DNA from: Gemmataceae bacterium
Lineage (GTDB): Bacteria; Planctomycetota; Planctomycetia; Gemmatales; Gemmataceae
DNA length: 64,000 bases
Direction of reading: 5' to 3'
Assembly (NCBI GenBank): GCA_035553375.1
Contig: DATNCY010000318.1
Coordinates: 698 to 64,697 of the forward strand
This document shows positions 36,210 through 43,266 of this stretch, in pieces (the first letter of the stretch is position 1; each line of letters opens with the position of its first letter). The notes beneath the pieces are model-generated. The model searched no databases. It was not told the origin of the DNA and saw only the letters and a program-made list of their open reading frames with translations. Position numbers and translations under genes: made by a program.

Positions 36210-38651
36210 TCATCGCAAGGGTAGCTGCCCTTGCGAGGACGAAGCCGGGGGCGTGGTTGGAATCGGTTGCGTTACGGGCACTGGCTGCGTCGCCGGAATC
36301 GTGGGCGTGTCCATCGCCGGGCCCTCGGGCGGCCGCAGCATGCCGAAGGTCGAAGTCGTTCGCGCCGGCGTCTTCGGGCGCGTGGACTTCGCCGGCAGAG
36401 CTTTCGGGGCGGCGACCGGCGGCGTGACGGGGGGCGTCTTGCTGCCACTGGGCAGTTCGCTGGCCGGGAATAGCTCGCTCTGCGACATGTCTTCGACCAG
36501 CTTGGGCAGCTGATTGACTTGCCCTCGTTCGATCCGCTCCGCCGAGGGCAGTTCTTCCGCTTCCTTCAGCGGCGCTATGTCCTTCCAAATCGACGGCAGC
36601 GAGCCGGCGTTGATCTGCGGATACACGTTGATCGGTCCACTTTGTTCCAGCGGAGCCGCCAGGGCACCCGTCGGCAAAGCCCGTTCACGCAGCAACAACG
36701 CCTTGGTCCGCTCACGCAGATGTTCGACCGCTCGCTTCTGGGCGGCGACCGGAATAGGGCCTTCGGAGATGGTCACGTTGTCGTGCTGCAAGATGGTGCC
36801 CTTGGCATACTCCCAGCCGGCGATGGCGTTGTTGTAGGTGACGATGGCTTGATACTCGGTGGCCAAGGCGTCGGACCAGAAACGCTGCGCTTCCAGCAAC
36901 ACATTTATCAACACGCCCTTGCCCGTGGCGGGATCGTTGGCCCCCGCAAGATAAAGATTATACTGGATCTTCAATTGTTTGGCGAACGCATCGCGCTGGG
37001 CTCGTGCCGCCTTGATCTGGAAGTAGGCCGAGGACATACGGCGATAGTACAGACCGAGGAAGCGTTCCGCCTTCAACTCCTGATCCTGCAAGACCAGGAA
37101 GCTACGCGCCAATTGCAACTGCGTCTGCCGTAGCTGGGCGTGAGCGAAGCGGAAACCGAGCGGCATCGCCAAACGCAAGCCGACCGTCCAATCGTTGAAG
37201 GTATTAGACGCCAGGTTACGCAGCGCATTGCCCGTGGTGCTGGAGTCTGAACCGTCCAGGCGGGTGCCGATGGCGTTGCTATCGTAGGCGGCGAAGCTGC
37301 GCAGATCGGGCAGCAAGTAGTTCTTGGCCAATTGGACATTCATCTGCGCCACCTTCACATCCTGGCGAGCAATGTACAATTCGGGACGATTCTGGAGCGC
37401 TTCAACCAGGGCGGTATCCCAGTCGGGACGATATTCCGCCAGGGTCGGCGCGTCGCTGGGCACCAGGCGCGTGCCGTCCTCAATCTGCATGCCAAGCATG
37501 GCTCGCAATTGCCGTTCGTTGTCGAGTACCGTATCGATGGCCTGCAAGCGCTGGCTGCGGAATAGGTTGTACTGCCCCTCGGCCTGATAGAGCTGGGCGA
37601 AGCCATAGCGGCCGACCGTGGCGTTCGTCTTGGCGATTCGCCACGATTCATAGGCGAAGCGCAAACCCTGCTCGCGGCTGAACAGCTGCCAATACGAGCC
37701 GTACAGGTTCCAGTAGGCGTTTTCGACGTTGAGCAACATCTGGTTGACGTTGCGCTCGAATTCGGCCCGGTTCTGGTTGAAGCGCGTACGAGCGATCAGG
37801 ATACCGGGAGGCAAACCCAGACCGACGCCGGACGTGTTGTTGAAGTTATACGGCAGAAACTGCGCCGCCGGCGGCCCCGTCAACGAGTTGGCCGGCGAGA
37901 TGGGCAGGATCGATCCTGGGTGGAAGGCCCGCAACTGGTTGATCTCGACGCCGAAGCCCTGCAACAACGGCTGCTCCAAGGTGAATTGCACGGAGGGCTG
38001 ATAGTTCGGATTGATGCGGGCCGGCAGGTTGGTGAACGTGTACGGCACATTGAACGTGATGCCGGCCACACCGCCGGTCGGCAACGGCTTGTAGATACCG
38101 GACTGGAATTGCGCTTGTTGCTGCACGATGGCGTTGATGCCGCTGGTCGAACCGCCGGACTGAATGTTCTGCAAGGCCGAGGCGATGGGCTGATCGGTAT
38201 TGACCCAACTCATGCTGGTGCCCACGACGGCGTCGAACTTGGCCAACGAGGCGTCGATGTTGGCCGCCGTCGTCGCCGGGTCCATGGCCAGCACGCGGAT
38301 CGAGTCGGAGCCTTGCGGCGGCGACCCTTGCGGCGCGGAGATCAAGTTATCCAAGCCGACGCCGGGGAACAGCAAGCTCGGCTGGCCGACGGTGCCCTGT
38401 TCCAGCGAGATGGCGACTGCCTCGGACAGCGACAGATAGCGAATCTGCCGCTCAAGATTAAACAGCGTCGGCGGCGCACCAACCATGGGGATGGTCGGCT
38501 GCGCTCCCACGTTGGGATTTTCCTGAAGATTGAAGGGTACGGGGCCTTTATAGATGTTGGCCTGATCTTCGGTGAGGAAAACTCGCCCCTTGCAGCCGAC
38601 CAAAATCAGCAACAGCAGGCCCAGCGTGCCGAACGATGTCTTCCAGCCCAT
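36210..38651 (-). CDS. TolC-family outer membrane efflux lipoprotein with Pro/Thr-rich C-terminal extension
   Basis: Lipobox LILVGC. Two OEP-like repeats (LSLSEAVAISLEQG...; QAEGQYNLFRSQRLQAIDTVLDNERQLRAMLG). C-terminal ~130 aa are P/T/A-rich. Start trimmed to ATG 38651. Confidence 0.75.
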   Translation of the reverse strand: MGWKTSFGTLGLLLLILVGCKGRVFLTEDQANIYKGPVPFNLQENPNVGAQPTIPMVGAPPTLFNLERQIRYLSLSEAVAISLEQGTVGQPSLLFPGVGLDNLISAPQGSPPQGSDSIRVLAMDPATTAANIDASLAKFDAVVGTSMSWVNTDQPIASALQNIQSGGSTSGINAIVQQQAQFQSGIYKPLPTGGVAGITFNVPYTFTNLPARINPNYQPSVQFTLEQPLLQGFGVEINQLRAFHPGSILPISPANSLTGPPAAQFLPYNFNNTSGVGLGLPPGILIARTRFNQNRAEFERNVNQMLLNVENAYWNLYGSYWQLFSREQGLRFAYESWRIAKTNATVGRYGFAQLYQAEGQYNLFRSQRLQAIDTVLDNERQLRAMLGMQIEDGTRLVPSDAPTLAEYRPDWDTALVEALQNRPELYIARQDVKVAQMNVQLAKNYLLPDLRSFAAYDSNAIGTRLDGSDSSTTGNALRNLASNTFNDWTVGLRLAMPLGFRFAHAQLRQTQLQLARSFLVLQDQELKAERFLGLYYRRMSSAYFQIKAARAQRDAFAKQLKIQYNLYLAGANDPATGKGVLINVLLEAQRFWSDALATEYQAIVTYNNAIAGWEYAKGTILQHDNVTISEGPIPVAAQKRAVEHLRERTKALLLRERALPTGALAAPLEQSGPINVYPQINAGSLPSIWKDIAPLKEAEELPSAERIERGQVNQLPKLVEDMSQSELFPASELPSGSKTPPVTPPVAAPKALPAKSTRPKTPARTTSTFGMLRPPEGPAMDTPTIPATQPVPVTQPIPTTPPASSSQGQLPLR

Positions 38652-38918
38652 AGTCTTTCCCCGTTGAACCACTCCACCCTGCCCCACCGAATAACATTTC
38701 TCGATTTCGCGGCGAGGAATGGGCTATCCCTTCGCGACGCGGAATCGCTGCTTCGGTGAGCATGGAATCGGACAGGTATTGGCTATATCGGCAATGACGG
38801 TTCTAACATCTAGAGGAGTTTTGCCGGATGTGACGAATAAATTGATCCTACCACCAAGTACCAGGTGAGTGGGGAAGTTTAGGGAATGGCAAATCAGCGA
38901 AGAGAAGAAGAGCGGCGA

Positions 38919-39266
38919 TCACAGGCGATTGGGGTCGTCGGGATTCCAGCGCGGCGCGATGCCGACGTAAGGCAGTCCGAACATGCGTTTGATGGCCGCC
39001 CATTCGCCGACATCGTTGCCTTCGGCGCGATGGCCGATCCACTGGAACAGATAGCCCAGGACGAGCGCGCCGACACCCCAATACCAGGGCAGGAAGAACA
39101 ACAGCATGACGCCGGTGACGGCCAGGGGGATGCCGATCATGTGGATGGCGAAGTTGAACGGCAACTGATGGCGCAAGCGCCAGCCCTGCAAACGCCGGCG
39201 GATGAAACGCAACAGGGGCCAGCGTCGAGAGGATGGGTTAGGTACGGACGTTTGTGCTTCGCTCAT
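38919..39266 (-). CDS. Small membrane protein, DUF962/Mpo1-like
   Basis: Two TM helices with HxxGIP (HMIGIPLAV) and QWIGHRAEGN motifs. Start trimmed to ATG 39266. Confidence 0.45.
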   Translation of the reverse strand: MSEAQTSVPNPSSRRWPLLRFIRRRLQGWRLRHQLPFNFAIHMIGIPLAVTGVMLLFFLPWYWGVGALVLGYLFQWIGHRAEGNDVGEWAAIKRMFGLPYVGIAPRWNPDDPNRL

Positions 39267-39295
39267 AATTGACTCTGTACCGCTTGCGTTTCGCG

Positions 39296-41083
39296 TCACA
39301 TTCGTTCTACCGTGCAGATGCCCAGCAGGTCCAGACCGCACTGAATCACCCGCGCCGTCAGATCGCACAGCAATAATCGACTCTGCCGCAGTTCGGGCGT
39401 CTCCGCCTTCAAAACCGGGCACTTGTCGAAAAAGCCGCTGTAGATTTTGGCCAGATCCCACAGATAACTGGTGATGACGTTCGGCTTGTACTCCACCGCG
39501 GCGGCCGCGAGCGCTTCCTCGAAGCGCAGAAGTTGCACAGCCAAGGCACGCTCTTCGGGCGTATCCAAGATCGGCAAAGGTGGATGCTCCCGGAAGGACG
39601 CATCCTCTACCCCTGCCTTGCGAAAGATGCCCCGGTTACGCACATAGGCATATTGCATGTACGTTGCCGTGTTGCCGTCCATGGCGACCATCTTGCTCAG
39701 AATGAACTTATAATCGCTGGTGCGATTCTGCGAAAGATCGGCATATTTCACCGCGCCGAGGCCGACCACTTCGTGAATCTGCCGGCGTTCTTCTTCGGTT
39801 AGGTCAACGACTTCCTTGCCCAGTTCGAGGAGCTTCTTTCGGTTTTCCTCGTACACTTCCGCAGCAGCCGCGATAGCCTGGCTCAACAGCGAATCGAGCG
39901 ACGCTCCCGTGCCTTCGCGCGTCGAGATGGGTTTGCCCTTCTCATCAAGGACGGAGCCGAACGAAATGTGTTCAAACGCAACCTTGCTCTGTCCCCAACG
40001 GGCCGCGATGCCGAACAGTTGCTTGAAGTGCAGCGATTGCCGGAAATCGACGACATAAAGGATCGCGTCTGGATTCCATTGTTCAAGTCGGTAGCGAATG
40101 GTTGCCAGATCGGTCGTGGTGTACGTGAACGCCCCGTCTCGTTTCTGGACGATGGTGGGCGCTTCGTTCTCCGCGAAGAACACGGCCACCGCTCCGTTGC
40201 TATCTTGGGCGATGCCGTGTTCGCGCAGACTCCGCACCACATTGGCCAGCATCGGATTATAAAAACTCTCGCCAAGCGTATGATCGAACGGCAAAATGTC
40301 GAGCCGGCGATACGTGGCATCGATCTCAGCCAGACAGTGAGGCATGAACTCACGCCAAAGACGCAGGTTTTCCTGATCGCCGGCGTGTAGGCGTGCCGTC
40401 TCATCCCGCGCCGCCTGCGCGATGGGATCGTTGGGATCGTCCTCTTCTTCTCCCCGCTCGTTGACGACTTTCTTGATCTGCTTGCGAACATGGACGTACA
40501 GCCGAGCCAATTCGCGCACCGGATCGGCCGCGAATGCTTCGGCGTCGAGGAAATGCTTGTAGCCGTACAGCAGGATGCCGAACTGCGTGCCCCAGTCGCC
40601 AAGATGATTATCGGTGATGACTTTATGACCGAGGAAACGCAGCAATCGCGCCAGTGCATCGCCAATGATCGTGCTGCGCAGATGGCCGACGTGCATCGGT
40701 TTGGCGACGTTGGGCGAACTGTAATCGATGACGAAGGTGCGAGGAGTGGCGACCGGCGCAACGCCGAGCCGGTCGTCGCCTGCCATGTGCTGAAGTTGTC
40801 GCGCCAGCCAGTCGCTTTGCAGCGTCAGATTGATGAAACCCGGCCCCGCGATTACGGGAGGAGCCAACATATCCTCAAGCTGCAAACGCTCCGCGATGGT
40901 CTGCGCAACCTCACGCGGAGGTTTGCCAAGTTGCTTGGCCAACGACATGGCGCAGTTGGCCTGATAATCGCCGAAACGAGTGTCCTGCGCCGGTCGGAGC
41001 ATGACGGCGTAGACGGCCGGATCGGTCGCCAGGCCGCTCAGCGCGTCCTGGAGTTTTCGCTGCAACAAGGCAAGGACATTCAT
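39296..41083 (-). CDS. argS: Arginine--tRNA ligase
   Basis: SSPNVAKPMHVGHLRS (HIGH region), a full-length ArgRS-like body, and the C-terminal anticodon-binding DALR-type region. Start trimmed to ATG 41083. Confidence 0.95.
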   Translation of the reverse strand: MNVLALLQRKLQDALSGLATDPAVYAVMLRPAQDTRFGDYQANCAMSLAKQLGKPPREVAQTIAERLQLEDMLAPPVIAGPGFINLTLQSDWLARQLQHMAGDDRLGVAPVATPRTFVIDYSSPNVAKPMHVGHLRSTIIGDALARLLRFLGHKVITDNHLGDWGTQFGILLYGYKHFLDAEAFAADPVRELARLYVHVRKQIKKVVNERGEEEDDPNDPIAQAARDETARLHAGDQENLRLWREFMPHCLAEIDATYRRLDILPFDHTLGESFYNPMLANVVRSLREHGIAQDSNGAVAVFFAENEAPTIVQKRDGAFTYTTTDLATIRYRLEQWNPDAILYVVDFRQSLHFKQLFGIAARWGQSKVAFEHISFGSVLDEKGKPISTREGTGASLDSLLSQAIAAAAEVYEENRKKLLELGKEVVDLTEEERRQIHEVVGLGAVKYADLSQNRTSDYKFILSKMVAMDGNTATYMQYAYVRNRGIFRKAGVEDASFREHPPLPILDTPEERALAVQLLRFEEALAAAAVEYKPNVITSYLWDLAKIYSGFFDKCPVLKAETPELRQSRLLLCDLTARVIQCGLDLLGICTVERM

Positions 41084-41111
41084 GGTTCCATCCACGCGGC
41101 GTGATTTCACA

Positions 41112-41200
41112 ACAAGCAAGGAGCGCAAGCGACGGGTCGAAAACCCGTCGCTTGCGCTCCGGGCTTGTTTGATCCCGTCGCTTGCGCTCCGGGCTTGTTT
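41112..41200. repeat. REP-A variant with an extra duplicated right arm
   Basis: ACAAGCAAGGAGCGCAAGCGACGGG / CCCGTCGCTTGCGCTCCGGGCTTGT (41112-41168), plus a second copy of CCCGTCGCTTGCGCTCCGGGCTTGTTT at 41174-41200. Lies between the rsfS stop and the argS start. Confidence 0.9.
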
Positions 41201-41208
41201 GTCGCATC

Positions 41209-41691
41209 TCAATAATGGCGCTGCCAATCGACGCGCGGGGCGTCGGCCCACAGTTCCTCCATGGCATAGTATTGGCGCGTCGGTTCATCGAACACATGAA
41301 CGACCACGTCGCCGTAATCCTGCACGACCCACTTGCTCGATTCGTAGCCTTCGACGGACAGGCGTTTATCGCCGCGTTCGTGCATGGCGTCGTCGATTTC
41401 TTCGGTGATCGTGTGGATTTGCCGGCGGCTGGCGCCGGTGATGAGGACGAAAAAGTCATACAGGGGGGTGATGCCCCGCATATCGAGAACCAAAACGTCA
41501 CGCCCCTTGTTTTCCGAAGCCACATGAGCGGCCAGGGAGGCGCGTTCAAGAGAGGTCGAAGTTAGAAGTTGTTCGGTTCGGCGCGTTGCGAGTTTCAAGA
41601 GACCTCCTTCCGGTTTTTGCGATCCGAGAGCAGAGGTCGGCCAATGGGGGATGGAGACGTTCGACCGTTCGGCGTCACCTCCCGTGGTCAC
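41209..41691 (-). CDS. rsfS: Ribosome silencing factor RsfS (iojap-like); start uncertain
   Basis: KGRDVLVLDMRGITPLYDFFVLITGASRRQIHTI ... WVVQDYGDVVVHVF...YYAMEELW. The true start is probably internal to the 160-aa track ORF. Confidence 0.75.
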   Translation of the reverse strand: MTTGGDAERSNVSIPHWPTSALGSQKPEGGLLKLATRRTEQLLTSTSLERASLAAHVASENKGRDVLVLDMRGITPLYDFFVLITGASRRQIHTITEEIDDAMHERGDKRLSVEGYESSKWVVQDYGDVVVHVFDEPTRQYYAMEELWADAPRVDWQRHY

Positions 41692-41993
41692 CTCCGGACC
41701 GGATCAAGCCAGTCCCCTACACGGAAAACACACAACCGAGAGCTATCCGCTCTCCGTGGGATGCCGAACCGCCGTTCGGTCGGACCATCCCATCTCTCTT
41801 ATCATCCAGCCTCCTGCCACCGTCGTCAAGCATCTCCTGCTCAAATTGCGCGTTTCACGGGTATCGATTGAGACTACTGTACTAATTATAGCGACCCAGA
41901 CAGTCCCCTCGGAACTTTTCCCACTCTTTTGTCTTCCTTTAACCAGACAAACGCCAGCCTGCGAGGTTCGCCAGCTGATGAATTTGCTTGTTG

Positions 41994-42060
41994 GCGAGCC
42001 TCCCGCGTGAGCGGGGGGAGTTTTCACGGCATTCTCCCCCCGCTCACGCGGGAGGCTCGC
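41994..42060. repeat. Single-copy perfect palindrome, 27-bp arms
   Basis: GCGAGCCTCCCGCGTGAGCGGGGGGAG / CTCCCCCCGCTCACGCGGGAGGCTCGC with a 13-nt loop. Confidence 0.95.
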
Positions 42061-42194
42061 CATTTGTTAGCGCCTCCGAGGAAATGCTCTGGCACTGGCA
42101 CGGTCTCGCCGCTATAGTCCGCCGCGCTTTGGGAGTTGGCCGCAAGCACGTTCTCGTTTCGTCGTGCAAACCGTGTCTTGATCAGTCCGTGGTT

Positions 42195-42229
42195 CCGGCA
42201 AGGGTTCCCTTGTTGGCGTCGTGGGCTAG
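42195..42229. repeat. Degenerate REP-A remnant (centre plus right arm)
   Basis: CCGGCAAGGGTTCCCTTGTTGGCGTCGTGGGCTAG retains the AAGGG/CCCTTG centre and a diverged right arm. Confidence 0.6.
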
Positions 42230-42258
42230 TAACCCCTTTCCAGGAACAGAGGGAGATT

Positions 42259-43185
42259 ATGCGCAAACTGTTGTGGTGCTGTTCGGCCGCCGGCGTACTC
42301 GCGGCCGGGGGGCTGTTCTCAACGGCCTACCTCGCTTGCAGTTATCCCGACTCGACCTTGGGCCGAGGGCTTAGCGCGGTATCCAGCACATCGATCACCA
42401 TGCAGCCGATCACCGGCCTGGCCAGGCTGGTGGCCAAGCTGGCCCATCAAACCGTCAACCCGCAGGAAACCGCGTGTGCGTCCGGCTCCGCCGAGGAGTG
42501 CGTGCCCGACGATCCACAGCCCGTCGCCAGCGAACCGGTCAAAACGGCCGTCATCGAGATACCCGTGGCGGAAGCGGAGAAGGAACCGGCGCCGATCGTC
42601 ATCAACGAGGACGATCCAATGCCGCGCATCAACGAGGTGGAAGCGCTGCCTTCGACCATCGAGCTTGCCGGCGCCCAGGAAGTGCAACCCGTCTGCCCGG
42701 TGTTCATGCCTTATTGCAGCGACGATGCCGAGCCGGTGACGAAGCCGAAGATGCCCTCCACCGAGGACGAAGAGAAGCAGGCGGACAACAGTGAGGAATC
42801 CGACGATAGCGCGAGCAAGGCGTGGATGAAACTGTTCGAGGACGCGGATCAGAAGAGCAAGTCTGCTCCGGCCGAGGAACTGCCGGCTCCCACGGAGGAA
42901 GCGCAGACTGAGCCGAAATGTCAGGAAGACAGCCATTTGCACGAACACTACTCCGGCTGTCCGCACATGACCTGCCCGTACACGGGCAAGAGCTATCCGT
43001 CCTACGACCCGTCGATGAAGTCGGGCCAGGAAGAGGTCAGCGAGGAACCGCCGATGCCGCCCACGCACCACCACAAAAAGACGCACAAGAGCAAGGAGAA
43101 AAGCCCAGGTGCCAAGGGCGTCGATACGATGGAGTATCGTCCCAGCGATGGCGGACTCAACGAGTATGGTAACGGTCCTCTGTGA
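42259..43185 (+). CDS. Hypothetical secreted acidic protein with His/Lys-rich C-terminus
   Basis: GGGAG lies 5-6 nt upstream of ATG 42259. Signal-like N-terminus, then long Glu/Asp/Pro-rich sequence. No family recognised. Confidence 0.45.
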   Translation: MRKLLWCCSAAGVLAAGGLFSTAYLACSYPDSTLGRGLSAVSSTSITMQPITGLARLVAKLAHQTVNPQETACASGSAEECVPDDPQPVASEPVKTAVIEIPVAEAEKEPAPIVINEDDPMPRINEVEALPSTIELAGAQEVQPVCPVFMPYCSDDAEPVTKPKMPSTEDEEKQADNSEESDDSASKAWMKLFEDADQKSKSAPAEELPAPTEEAQTEPKCQEDSHLHEHYSGCPHMTCPYTGKSYPSYDPSMKSGQEEVSEEPPMPPTHHHKKTHKSKEKSPGAKGVDTMEYRPSDGGLNEYGNGPL

Positions 43186-43194
43186 TTGGTCTCA

Positions 43195-43260
43195 CAGCGG
43201 AGCGCCGGTTTACGTTTCGCGAAACATAAACCCGCGCTCCGCTGCGCGTCGCAGCTACAC
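43195..43260. repeat. REP-C related element copy 3
   Basis: CAGCGGAGCGCCGGTTTACGTTTCGCGAAACATAAACCCGCGCTCCGCTG is a near-perfect palindrome, followed by CGCGTCGCAGCTACAC. Lies between convergent stops 43185 and 43267. Confidence 0.9.
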
Positions 43261-43266
43261 AATGCT

